Origin: a virus | Taxonomy: Duplodnaviria; Caudoviricetes | IMG/VR virus record: IMGVR_UViG_3300025018_000526 | Span: 1-24,081 of that record | Length of the DNA: 24,081 bases | Reading direction: 5' to 3' (one strand) | Shown here: one piece after another, positions 15,350 to 23,914 of the stretch | How positions within the stretch are numbered: the stretch's first letter is position 1 | Layout of the letters: every line of letters begins with the position of its first letter | Notes under the pieces: generated by a model | Seen by the model: only the letters and a program-made list of their open reading frames with translations | What the model was told of the DNA's origin: nothing | Database searches by the model: none | Made by a program: the position numbers and the translations under genes

Positions 15350-17431
15350 ATGTCACAAGAAATCATAGCAAAACTAACCGGAAATATTATAATGGCTAGT
15401 CCGTCCGGCTCAAATGGACAAATACAATTTAACAAAAATGGAGTCTTTGGTGGCTTTGGCTCTTATGATGAAGAAAATAATGAGCTAACATTATCTATTT
15501 TAAAATTAACAGGTGAAATAACAGAAGAAAGCCAAGCGATTACACTAGGATATTTAAATACTACTCCAGCAGGGGGAATATCTGCTCTTGATGTAGAAAA
15601 CTGGGATACAGCATTCGGTTGGGGCGACCACGCAGGGATTTATGATGCCCTAGGAGAGGCTGACAGCGTACTAGAGGCTCATAACCTAGAATATGACCAT
15701 TCACTCATAGAAACAGCCCTACAGAGCGAAACAGACCCAGTCTTTACAGCTTGGGATAAATCAACAGGGATTAGCATAACCGAAAGTCAAATATCAGACT
15801 TAAAGACTTATATTCAATCAAGCGAGAAAGGGGCAAATAATGGAGTAGCAACATTGGATGCAGGAGGAAAAGTGCCAAGCACACAACTTCCAGCGACACT
15901 TTTAATTTATAAAGGAGTATGGGATGCCGACACAAACACTCCTGAACTAACAACACCAGACATAACTAAAAAAGGATTTGTTTATAATGTCAGCGTAGCA
16001 GGAACTAAATTCGGAATTTCTTTCAGCTTAGGCGACTGGGCAATTTATAACGATGACGGAGTATTAGAGAAATCAGATAACAGCGATGACGTAACCAGCG
16101 TAAACGGACAGCAAGGGGCGGTAGTATTAAACGCCGATCATATCTCAGACTCAACGACGACAAACAAATTTGTCACTACAGCAGAAAAAGGGGTATGGAA
16201 TGGCAAACAGGATGCACTAGGATACACCCCAGAGAACGCTGTAAACAAAAAAACGACATTAACCGACTCAGATACCGACTATCCGACTACAAGGGCTGTA
16301 AACACCGCTTTGAACGCAAAAGTGAGTTGGGGTGGCGATAGCTTAGCTTCTAAAGGGCTAATTGGCACAACTTCCAACCAACCATTCGGCATAATAACCA
16401 ACAACACTGAGAAAGTAACTGTGTTAGCTAACGGCTTCGTCGGCATCGGAACGACGGCACCAGATAACGTTCTTACAGTAAAGGGCTCCAACGCCTTAGT
16501 TGATATTCAGTCTTCGGCAGACGGACAACTTATTGGGTTCTTGGCGAGGTATAGGAATCATGATACTTTAGGATGCAGGTTTTTATATTCTACGGGAACG
16601 GCTACCTTGTCAATTGATAACTTATTTACTGGAAATAATGCTAACCATAGTGATATATATTTTAGAAATGCCGATACGGGTGGTAATTTGAAAACCAGAG
16701 TAACCATAAAAGGTAGTACCGGCAACGTCGGGATTGGGACGACGGCGCCGGGTAAACAGTTGTCAGTAGTTGGAAATATTGAATCTTTGATTACTCTAGG
16801 TAGTGAGCTGATAACTAATGGCACTTTTGATTCTGCTTTAACGGGTTGGACAAATGGCAGCATGAATACTTTTGTCTGGGATAGCGGTTCTATGCATATA
16901 GTACAGACAGGAACCGGTTGGCCGAGCGTATATACAACTGTCCCTTTAACACCTGGTAATATTTATTATTATTCAATCGACGTGACTGTTAATAGCGGTA
17001 GTTTTCTATTTCTTCAGCAGGGCCCAAACACTACTATTGCTGAGCTTAGTACCAGTAATAGCTTTTCGGGATATTTTATTGCTTCTAGCGACTCTGCCAA
17101 CACAATACGTTTAAAGGGTAGTAATGCTCCAGGTGATTGGAATATTGACAACATATCTATCCAGCCTTATATCTCCGGCGGCATGACTACTCCATTTTTA
17201 GCAGTAAATGACTCTGATCTTTTTGCAGGATATGGAAAAGTTGGGATAGGCACCTCTGCTCCAACAGCTAAGCTAGATGTAGCCAGTGATATCCTCCGAC
17301 TCAGGACAGCTAAGACACCTGCCTCAAGTGGGGCGAGCGGAAATACTGGCGATTACTGTTGGGATGCAGATTATTTATATATTTGTGTTAATACCAACAC
17401 TTGGCGTAGAGTAGCACACGACACTTGGTAG
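15350..17431 (+). CDS. Modular fibre/adhesin with GxVGIGT repeats and a carbohydrate-binding-like module
   Basis: ETDPVF, KGANNGVATLDAGGKVP, YKGVWDA and VTSVNGQQGAVVL fibre motifs; three G(F/N/K)VGIGT(T/S)AP repeats; GSELITNGTFD...IDNISI CBM-like unit; C-terminal TPASS..GDYCWDADYLYIC..NTWRR. Confidence 0.8.
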   Translation: MSQEIIAKLTGNIIMASPSGSNGQIQFNKNGVFGGFGSYDEENNELTLSILKLTGEITEESQAITLGYLNTTPAGGISALDVENWDTAFGWGDHAGIYDALGEADSVLEAHNLEYDHSLIETALQSETDPVFTAWDKSTGISITESQISDLKTYIQSSEKGANNGVATLDAGGKVPSTQLPATLLIYKGVWDADTNTPELTTPDITKKGFVYNVSVAGTKFGISFSLGDWAIYNDDGVLEKSDNSDDVTSVNGQQGAVVLNADHISDSTTTNKFVTTAEKGVWNGKQDALGYTPENAVNKKTTLTDSDTDYPTTRAVNTALNAKVSWGGDSLASKGLIGTTSNQPFGIITNNTEKVTVLANGFVGIGTTAPDNVLTVKGSNALVDIQSSADGQLIGFLARYRNHDTLGCRFLYSTGTATLSIDNLFTGNNANHSDIYFRNADTGGNLKTRVTIKGSTGNVGIGTTAPGKQLSVVGNIESLITLGSELITNGTFDSALTGWTNGSMNTFVWDSGSMHIVQTGTGWPSVYTTVPLTPGNIYYYSIDVTVNSGSFLFLQQGPNTTIAELSTSNSFSGYFIASSDSANTIRLKGSNAPGDWNIDNISIQPYISGGMTTPFLAVNDSDLFAGYGKVGIGTSAPTAKLDVASDILRLRTAKTPASSGASGNTGDYCWDADYLYICVNTNTWRRVAHDTW
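16433..16461. repeat. Palindromic repeat site 1 (candidate recombination site)
   Basis: GGCTTCGTCG-GCATCGGAA-CGACGGCACC, with CGTCG/CGACG inverted arms. Confidence 0.55.
16719..16751. repeat. Palindromic repeat site 2 (candidate recombination site)
   Basis: CCGGCAACGTCG-GGATTGGGA-CGACGGCGCCGG; 10 of 12 arm positions complementary; 288 nt from site 1, direct orientation. Confidence 0.6.
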
Positions 17432-17432
17432 C

Positions 17433-17486
17433 TTGACAACTTAAAACCTTTGTAGTATTTTCTTTAGATTTTGGTATTAGCCAAAA
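17433..17486 (+). promoter_or_regulatory. Promoter and inverted repeat upstream of the recombinase
   Basis: TTGACA(17433)-N17-TATTTT(17456); TTTTGG-N6-CCAAAA at 17469-17486. Confidence 0.5.
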
Positions 17487-17502
17487 CATAATATAAAAAC
17501 AT

Positions 17503-18330
17503 ATGTCAAGGGAATTAAACCAGTTTGAAAAGTTTCTATTAGTCCGCAAGGGCATAGGAATGGTAACCTTAAAGGGCTACAACGATAGCGTAAGGCGATT
17601 AACAAAAGTATTAAAGACAGACGAGCCGAGTCACGAGCAGATAACCGACTACATCGTGGGAATGCACGAAAAGAAATATTCCTACAGCCACATAGTAAAT
17701 ACATCACTGGCGATAGAATGGTATATGCAGTTTATAGGGCGACCAATAAAATTAGGTAGACCGAAAAAACCAAAGCACATTATCAAAGATACGCTGACAG
17801 AGGCAGAGGTGACAATGCTGATAGCCTCGTCAAAAAACATAAGAGAAAAAGCAATCATTTCATTACTAGCCTATTCGGGAATTAGAAACAAAGAATTATG
17901 TGAGCTAAGAGTATGCGATGTAAACCTCGGCGACAATATGCTAAGAGTTTTAGAGGGCAAGGGGAAAAAGGATAGGCTAATAAATATAAGCGGTGACTGC
18001 TCGAGAATACTGATAAATTATTTAAACTATTATCAAAGACGACCGGACGATTATTTATTTACAACTTTAAGGGAAAATAAAAGGTACGGAACGAGCGACC
18101 TGCGAAAGCTAGTGAATGTTTTAAAAAATCGTGCTAAAATAAATAAGAGAATATATCCGCACCTTTTAAGACATAGCCTAGCAACCAACCTGCTAAAGCG
18201 AGGGGCAAATATATATTTAATAAAAGAACAGCTCGGGCATACATTTATAGAAACGACAGAAGTATATTTGAGGAGTTTTCCGATTGACATCAAACATCAA
18301 TATCAAATGTACGTGCCAAGCTATGTATAA
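17503..18330 (+). CDS. Tyrosine recombinase (XerC/D-like)
   Basis: Complete catalytic set: YSGIRNKEL (R), GKGKKDR (K), HLLRH, LGH, TTEVY; short N-terminal core-binding domain and no arm-binding domain. Confidence 0.93.
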   Translation: MSRELNQFEKFLLVRKGIGMVTLKGYNDSVRRLTKVLKTDEPSHEQITDYIVGMHEKKYSYSHIVNTSLAIEWYMQFIGRPIKLGRPKKPKHIIKDTLTEAEVTMLIASSKNIREKAIISLLAYSGIRNKELCELRVCDVNLGDNMLRVLEGKGKKDRLINISGDCSRILINYLNYYQRRPDDYLFTTLRENKRYGTSDLRKLVNVLKNRAKINKRIYPHLLRHSLATNLLKRGANIYLIKEQLGHTFIETTEVYLRSFPIDIKHQYQMYVPSYV

Positions 18331-18359
18331 AAATAAATACTTAATTTAATAAAAACAAT

Positions 18360-18590
18360 ATGGACTACAAAAATTATCTAGAGAAAAAAGCGAGTGGGAA
18401 TGCTGAGATTATAAAAGCCGGCGGTGGTAATGCTATCGCAGTAAAAAAGTTTGACGTGGATACAGGTGCTCCAGTAGCTCCGGAAATTACAGCAATTGAT
18501 TTAGAAAAGTTAAACGAGGAAAAAGCAGAGCTACAAAAAAAGATTGCTGATATTGATGCAATCATAATCGAAATTAATAAATTAAAATAA
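18360..18590 (+). CDS. Small protein with C-terminal coiled coil
   Basis: 76 aa; LEKLNEEKAELQKKIADIDAII heptads. Confidence 0.65.
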   Translation: MDYKNYLEKKASGNAEIIKAGGGNAIAVKKFDVDTGAPVAPEITAIDLEKLNEEKAELQKKIADIDAIIIEINKLK

Positions 18591-18595
18591 TTATT

Positions 18596-18787
18596 ATGAA
18601 AAACAAAGCAATTAAACAAGAAGTCAAAAAATCAGAGCTGGAAAAAGCTCAAGAAATTATTAAGAAAGAACAGCAAAAAAAAGTAGATAGTTTTATGAAA
18701 GATTATCGAGAAATTTGTTTAAAAAATGGAATGGAACTAACTGCTAATCCAAGAGTAGACTGGGGAGTAGCACCAATTCAAAAATAG
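18596..18787 (+). CDS. Hypothetical protein
   Basis: 63-aa ORF with tight spacing. Confidence 0.6.
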   Translation: MKNKAIKQEVKKSELEKAQEIIKKEQQKKVDSFMKDYREICLKNGMELTANPRVDWGVAPIQK

Positions 18788-18790
18788 CTA

Positions 18791-18819
18791 TTGTTAGAAA
18801 TAAAGAAAAATGTTATAAT
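18791..18819 (+). promoter_or_regulatory. Promoter of the scaffold-capsid operon
   Basis: TTGTTA-N17-TATAAT(18814) with extended -10 TG. Confidence 0.6.
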
Positions 18820-18927
18820 TTAAATATCTTTCTAGGTTCTCCATCCTAGACTCGAAAGAGTACAAGAAAATGGTATTTACAGGGTTTTAATTCCCTGACC
18901 AATTTAAAAAACATTAAAAGTAAATTT

Positions 18928-19647
18928 ATGGACAAGTACATCGTGATCAATGGCGTCAAATATCAAATTGACCCCAATGATAAAGAAAAAGCATTATTAG
19001 ACGATAAGGGAGAGCCAATCCCTTATACAGAAGATGATGACAAAGATAAGGATAAAGATAAGGACAATAAAGTTGACTTATCAAAAATCAGCCTAGACGA
19101 ACTAAAGAAAGCAAACCCAGACATCGCTAAAGCATTGAAAGATGCCGAAGATGCCAAAAGCGCCCTTGATAAGTTTAACAAGGACAGAGAGGATGCAGAA
19201 CGTAAAGCGAAAGCTGATCAAGGCAAGTGGCAAGAGCTAGCCGAGGAAGAAACAAAGAAAAGACGAGAGGCAGAGGCTCTAGCTACAAAGTCAGAAGAAA
19301 TCCTTAACAAGTATAAGAGTACAGTCAATGGAATTCTTGAAGAAACTATCAAGACAATTCCAGAGGACAAGCGTAATTTAATCCCTAGTGATTACAGCGC
19401 TAGAAAAAAACTTGAATACATCAATAATAATGCGAAAACCCTCGGTGTAACCATTGGTGGTAAAAAAGGCGGAGAAGTACCACCAAATGATAAGGACATA
19501 AATTTAGATGAAGAAAGCAAGGTACAAAAAGAGTATGATGAGCTATTAAAGAAAGGAAAAGACAGAACTCAAATTGAAATAGCTCAAATGCTACAACTTG
19601 CTAAAAAATTAAAGGAAATTAGACAGGCTAACGAGGATAAAAAATAA
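18928..19647 (+). CDS. Capsid scaffolding protein
   Basis: Charged coiled coil with QGKWQELAE motif, directly upstream of the capsid gene. Confidence 0.75.
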   Translation: MDKYIVINGVKYQIDPNDKEKALLDDKGEPIPYTEDDDKDKDKDKDNKVDLSKISLDELKKANPDIAKALKDAEDAKSALDKFNKDREDAERKAKADQGKWQELAEEETKKRREAEALATKSEEILNKYKSTVNGILEETIKTIPEDKRNLIPSDYSARKKLEYINNNAKTLGVTIGGKKGGEVPPNDKDINLDEESKVQKEYDELLKKGKDRTQIEIAQMLQLAKKLKEIRQANEDKK

Positions 19648-19676
19648 TTTACAAACTTTAATTTAAAAACAACCAT

Positions 19677-20846
19677 ATGAATCTTGGAATGCACACAACC
19701 TTAACTGATGCCAATTCAAAATTAGACCCGGAAGTGATTGCTATCGCAGATAGTATCTCTCCGTTAATGGCGAATGAATTCGGTAAGGTATGGGATCTGT
19801 TTAATAACAGACCAACTCCATTCATCACTGATGAATTCGAGGTATTAGTAAGAAACTACACAACCCCAGAAATTAGCGTACAAGCTAGTGGTGACGGGGC
19901 AGATTGGGATACTACCGATGACACTACTGCTTTACCAGTAGACTCAAGTTATATCGATAGAATCACTATCGGCGATGTTTTGAAAGTAGAAAGCGAAATC
20001 GTTGTAGTAAAAGCAGTAGACCGCAGTGGAAACACTATTGATGTCTACGAACGTGGCGCAGGCGAATCAACTGCAGTAGCCCACGGACATGCAAGCGCTA
20101 TTACCGCTAAGGTGGTAGGTAACGCTCATGAGGAAGGTAAAGTAGATGCAGAGGCAATGGCAGAGGGTACAACCAAATTTACCAATTACACTCAGTTAGT
20201 AGAAGAAGTCATTGATTTATCAAAGGCTGATACTGACCAAGCTCGTAAGGTAGGCTTAACAGCTGATATCTTAAGAACTGAGGCAGTAGATCGTGTAATG
20301 AGAGATTTGGCTCGTTCAGCTGTCGAGGGTGTAAGCAGAGCTCCTGCAAGTGGACAACCATCAATGACTAGAGGTTTATTGAGATGGTTAGGTCTAAGCG
20401 CAGGTATCAAGACTGCAGTTGGTGGCGCATTTAGTGAAACAGCTTTGAAAGCCATCATTCAAGACGTTAGATTAGCAGGTGGAACAGTCAACTACATCGC
20501 AATGAGTCCGGCTAATAAAGTATTATTTAATAACTTTAGCAGTGCAGATAGCATTACAGTAGATAACTCCGCTAGATATACTGGTAGGGTGTTAGATGGA
20601 TACTTAGCAGACGGATTCGGAATCATTCCAGTAGTCGTAGATTTAGATATGCCAAATGACCAAGTAGCAGTAGGTGATAGCAGAAAATTAGTCAAAGGAT
20701 GGAAGACTAACGATACCTTACGCTTTGTTAAGGAAACCAACACTGGATCACGTGAAAACAAAGAAACTCTACAAGGTAAATTCGGTTTAGCTGTAGAAAA
20801 TGTAGGACAAAGTCACGGTTTGTTAACTGGTTTAACAACTTCCTAG
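19677..20846 (+). CDS. Major capsid protein (DUF5309/SU10-like)
   Basis: 389 aa; NYTQLVEEVIDLS, MTRGLL, DGFGIIPVVVD, TGSRENKETLQGKFGL; position after the scaffold. Confidence 0.8.
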   Translation: MNLGMHTTLTDANSKLDPEVIAIADSISPLMANEFGKVWDLFNNRPTPFITDEFEVLVRNYTTPEISVQASGDGADWDTTDDTTALPVDSSYIDRITIGDVLKVESEIVVVKAVDRSGNTIDVYERGAGESTAVAHGHASAITAKVVGNAHEEGKVDAEAMAEGTTKFTNYTQLVEEVIDLSKADTDQARKVGLTADILRTEAVDRVMRDLARSAVEGVSRAPASGQPSMTRGLLRWLGLSAGIKTAVGGAFSETALKAIIQDVRLAGGTVNYIAMSPANKVLFNNFSSADSITVDNSARYTGRVLDGYLADGFGIIPVVVDLDMPNDQVAVGDSRKLVKGWKTNDTLRFVKETNTGSRENKETLQGKFGLAVENVGQSHGLLTGLTTS

Positions 20847-20854
20847 TATAATTT

Positions 20855-20884
20855 TCAAGGGGTAGCGTAAAACCTACCCCTTGA
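20855..20884 (+). terminator. Hairpin after the capsid gene (stabiliser or weak terminator)
   Basis: TCAAGGGGTAG-N8-CTACCCCTTGA perfect 11-bp stem; no U-tract. Confidence 0.5.
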
Positions 20885-20917
20885 TAAAATATTAATAAAT
20901 TAAATAACAGAAACAAT

Positions 20918-21337
20918 ATGTCTAAGAGCAAAAAAGACCTACTAGCCGAGGCTAAAGAACTCGGTATTGAATTAACTGGCGAAGAAAATGCTAGTGATAT
21001 TCAAGAGGCAATAAATATTAAAAAAGAAGAACTTGGAACAACCAACCAAGACCCAAAGTCAAATAAAAAAAGCAAAGAAGTATTCTTTTATCATTTAAAA
21101 GTTAAATGCTTTAAAGATGCAGAAAATCGTGTAGATATCGGTTTATATCAGACTGAGCAAAAAGTAGAACGCTTTGATAAGTTAAGCAATGAGTACGCTG
21201 AACGTTTTGATGGTGAAATTCCATCATATGAACTTCATAAAATTGCTGAAAAATACAGAGTGGCAGTCTACGAAAAGGGCGGAAAAAAGACTCGTTCTGA
21301 TGAAGATATCTTAGCTGAATTAATAAAGGAACTATAG
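20918..21337 (+). CDS. Hypothetical protein with N-terminal HeH/Rho-N-like motif
   Basis: KKDLLAEAKELGIELTGEENASDIQEAI. Confidence 0.6.
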   Translation: MSKSKKDLLAEAKELGIELTGEENASDIQEAINIKKEELGTTNQDPKSNKKSKEVFFYHLKVKCFKDAENRVDIGLYQTEQKVERFDKLSNEYAERFDGEIPSYELHKIAEKYRVAVYEKGGKKTRSDEDILAELIKEL

Positions 21338-21363
21338 GTTTTACAAACTAATTTTTTAAATCT

Positions 21364-22089
21364 ATGGAAAGACCAAACAGAATACGAAATAAGGTCGAAA
21401 TCGAGGGCAATAATGAAACGCCCGATACAACTGAGGTAGAAATCTTATTGCAAGATGATGCCGAAGATGTATTAATTGCCAGAGGAACAACTGTGCCAAG
21501 CGCTGAAAGCGGATACGCTAAAGGCTGTTTATTCATTAAAACCGATGCCAGTGATGGCACAAAAGGTTTATATGAAAATCAAGGCACAAACTCTGACTGC
21601 GATTTTAATCTTATTGGCGATATTTCATCTGCTGAAATAGCAGACGGGGCTATTACTGAGGCTAAACTGGCAAGTGGAATCGATGTAGTAAAATACACTG
21701 ATGTCCAATTATCAGCAACCGAATTAAAAGCTCTAGCAGGAACTAACATCGAGTTAGTACCAGCAACAGAGGCGGGGGCAGGATATGCTATTGTGCCAGT
21801 AGCAGTAAATTTAAGACTAACAGCAGGCAGTGAGGTGTTAGCAGAAGCTGCTGATAACTTAGCTCTTAAATATTCAGGTAGTACTGAATTACTAGCTATT
21901 GAAACAACCGGCTTTATTGATCAAGCAACTGACCAAAACAGATATCAGGGAGTACCTGAAACTGTAATGACTCCAGAAGAAAACGTAGCAATAGACTTAG
22001 ATAATAATGGAAGTGAATTTACTGGTAATGCCAGTGATGATGCTACATTAGACGTTAGAGTTTATTACAAAGTAGTACCAGTGTTATAA
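21364..22089 (+). CDS. Putative virion structural (head decoration-like) protein
   Basis: Acidic, A/G/T-rich; GYAKGCLFIKTD and EIADGAITEAKLA motifs; located in the head module. Confidence 0.55.
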   Translation: MERPNRIRNKVEIEGNNETPDTTEVEILLQDDAEDVLIARGTTVPSAESGYAKGCLFIKTDASDGTKGLYENQGTNSDCDFNLIGDISSAEIADGAITEAKLASGIDVVKYTDVQLSATELKALAGTNIELVPATEAGAGYAIVPVAVNLRLTAGSEVLAEAADNLALKYSGSTELLAIETTGFIDQATDQNRYQGVPETVMTPEENVAIDLDNNGSEFTGNASDDATLDVRVYYKVVPVL

Positions 22090-22116
22090 TCAATAGGTAA
22101 GGACATAACAGAAAAA

Positions 22117-22147
22117 GGAAATGCCAAATTTGGTGTTTCCCTTTTTT
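22117..22147 (+). terminator. Rho-independent terminator
   Basis: GGAAATGCCA-AATT-TGGTGTTTCC stem followed by CTTTTTT; A-tract upstream suggests it is bidirectional. Confidence 0.75.
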
Positions 22148-22155
22148 GTTAAAAA

Positions 22156-22164
22156 TGTTATAAT
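22156..22164 (+). promoter_or_regulatory. Extended -10 promoter
   Basis: TGTTATAAT immediately after the terminator, upstream of 22195. Confidence 0.5.
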
Positions 22165-22194
22165 TTAGGTACAAAATAAATCTTCAATAAAAAT

Positions 22195-22866
22195 ATGTAT
22201 ACAACTAAAACAACAATAGACAGCTATCTAGGCACAACTCTAGATTCAAGCCTAGCTGTTTTTATTAACTTAGCAATAAATAGCGTATCACGTTACATTG
22301 AAAATTATTGCGGTGAAGAAAGATTCGGTTCACGGATATTTGAAAAACCAGAAACAGATAGCGATGTAACTAAGTATTTTGATGGCAATGGTAGTAAAAG
22401 CCTCCCTATAGGCGATTTAAAGGCTATCACAAGCCTTACAGTGGACAATGTGGCACAAGTAGAGAATGAAGACTACTTTTTAAAACCATACAACGCCCCG
22501 GCCGAGGGAAAACCATATACTCACATCGAGCTAGTCCAACCAGATGGCAGACAGAGTAGCCGTGGTTATACTTTGTATGAATTTGATAAAGAGCAGAGAA
22601 ATGTAAAGGTAATAGGCAAATGGCGATACAGCGATACAGTGCCTGCAGACATTCAGCTAATAGCAACCCAGCTAGTAGCTAGTATTTTAAAAGAAAAAGT
22701 GGGTGACCAAACACTAAGAGAAATAAAGGCAGAAACTCTTGATGATTATAAGGTGGAATATTCTGATATTTCTGCTAAAGCAAAAACCTTAGGACTAACA
22801 GCAATTCTTGATCAATACAAGAGAAAGTCGGCAAATCAAAATGCCGGGATAATAACACTAGACTAA
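22195..22866 (+). CDS. Head-tail connector (gp6/gp15-like adaptor)
   Basis: MYTT..YLG..SRYIENYCG, YFDGNG, VPADIQLIATQLVA, ETLDDYKVEY, ILDQYKR. Confidence 0.8.
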   Translation: MYTTKTTIDSYLGTTLDSSLAVFINLAINSVSRYIENYCGEERFGSRIFEKPETDSDVTKYFDGNGSKSLPIGDLKAITSLTVDNVAQVENEDYFLKPYNAPAEGKPYTHIELVQPDGRQSSRGYTLYEFDKEQRNVKVIGKWRYSDTVPADIQLIATQLVASILKEKVGDQTLREIKAETLDDYKVEYSDISAKAKTLGLTAILDQYKRKSANQNAGIITLD

Positions 22867-22867
22867 T

Positions 22868-23194
22868 ATGAGCTACGAAAGCCTATTAATTTTAACAGCC
22901 ACAATAAAATCAAAGACAGAAACCCAGAGCAACAGCGGTGCTAAGACTTTTACTTGGGCAGATAAGCTAACATCGGTAAAGACTAGAAAGGTTAGAAATT
23001 TACAGCCCAAGATTTATAATGAATTAGCAAAGACATATATTGATGACTATGTGTTTTATTTTTTATTAGGAACAAATATAGAAGTAGGCGAGAAAGTAGC
23101 ACTAACCGATAGTAGCGAATACGAAATCTTAAGCGTAGATAATGATAGTCACGAACACCATGTAAAAGTTTATGCTAAAAAAACAAGCCTATGA
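22868..23194 (+). CDS. Head closure / stopper protein
   Basis: 108-aa beta-rich protein after the adaptor; YEILSVDN..HH. Confidence 0.7.
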   Translation: MSYESLLILTATIKSKTETQSNSGAKTFTWADKLTSVKTRKVRNLQPKIYNELAKTYIDDYVFYFLLGTNIEVGEKVALTDSSEYEILSVDNDSHEHHVKVYAKKTSL

Positions 23195-23487
23195 AATTAA
23201 TAAAAAACGAGGCAGTACGCAAAGAGGTAAAAGCTAAGCTAGACCAAGATATAAGAAAAGTGACAGCCCTTTTAGAAACAGCGGTTAGAAATAGAACGCC
23301 AGTAAAAACAGGTTTATTAAAAAGTAGCATAGCAGGGAGAAGAACAGGCTGGGCGACTGGTGAGGTAGCTACTCTAACTGAATACGCTGAATTCGTAGAA
23401 TATGGAACATCTAGATTTAGTGCAAGGGCGATGTTTAGGAGGGGGGCAAGTGATATTGAAAAAAGAGGCTTGTCAGTTTTCAAATAA
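23191..23487 (+). CDS. HK97 gp10-like neck/tail completion protein
   Basis: TPVKTGLLKSSI, EYAEFVEYGTSR. Confidence 0.85.
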   Translation: MKLIKNEAVRKEVKAKLDQDIRKVTALLETAVRNRTPVKTGLLKSSIAGRRTGWATGEVATLTEYAEFVEYGTSRFSARAMFRRGASDIEKRGLSVFK

Positions 23488-23505
23488 AAGTAAAAATGTT
23501 ATAAT
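23477..23505 (+). promoter_or_regulatory. Promoter giving a probably leaderless transcript
   Basis: TTTTCA-N17-TATAAT(23500) with extended -10 TG; ATG at 23512 falls at the expected +1. Confidence 0.5.
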
Positions 23506-23511
23506 AAAAAT

Positions 23512-23904
23512 ATGGATAATTTGGAAGAAGGCTTATACAATGAGCTGAAAAACGATACAACGCTAGCCAATAAAGTTAAAGACGGAAGTATTTATAATAT
23601 TTACCCATTGGTAGTGCCTGAAAACACAAACTTTACTAAAGCAATAACATATCAAGAAATAACACAGAGTTTATCATATCCAAGCGCCCGGACATCAATA
23701 TTCCAAATCAACTGCATAGCCGACACATACGATGAGGCGCTAGATTTATCAAGGGATATAAACAGAATATTTGACGATAAGCACGAGTATAAACTAGGCG
23801 GACTGCAGGGAGTAAAGTGGACACAATTTTATGGGAGAACAGCAATTAAAGACTGGGAAATGAAAAAATATATCTACATAGTAGAAATAGCTATTAAATA
23901 TTAA
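23512..23904 (+). CDS. Tail terminator (DUF3168-like)
   Basis: LYNELKNDTTL, IYPLVVPE..AITYQEI, FQINCIADTYDEA. Confidence 0.75.
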   Translation: MDNLEEGLYNELKNDTTLANKVKDGSIYNIYPLVVPENTNFTKAITYQEITQSLSYPSARTSIFQINCIADTYDEALDLSRDINRIFDDKHEYKLGGLQGVKWTQFYGRTAIKDWEMKKYIYIVEIAIKY

Positions 23905-23914
23905 TTTAAAAAAT

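Noticed and set aside
15350-17431. Diversity-generating retroelement target
   Set aside because: No reverse transcriptase and no template/variable repeat pair differing at adenines in the window.
17503-18330. Recombinase as the prophage integrase or a classical inversion shufflon
   Set aside because: No arm-binding domain, no att or host boundary nearby, phage genes continue on both sides, and I found no inverted copy of the repeat site or silent reverse cassette in the window.
19870-20120. Extra beta domain inserted in the major capsid protein
   Set aside because: Similar insertions are, from memory, common in this capsid family, and there are no intein motifs.
420-23194. Stop-codon recoding (code 15 or 25)
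   Set aside because: Core genes are intact under code 11, and TGA and TAG act as genuine stops, including ATGA overlaps at 713, 2054 and 23191.
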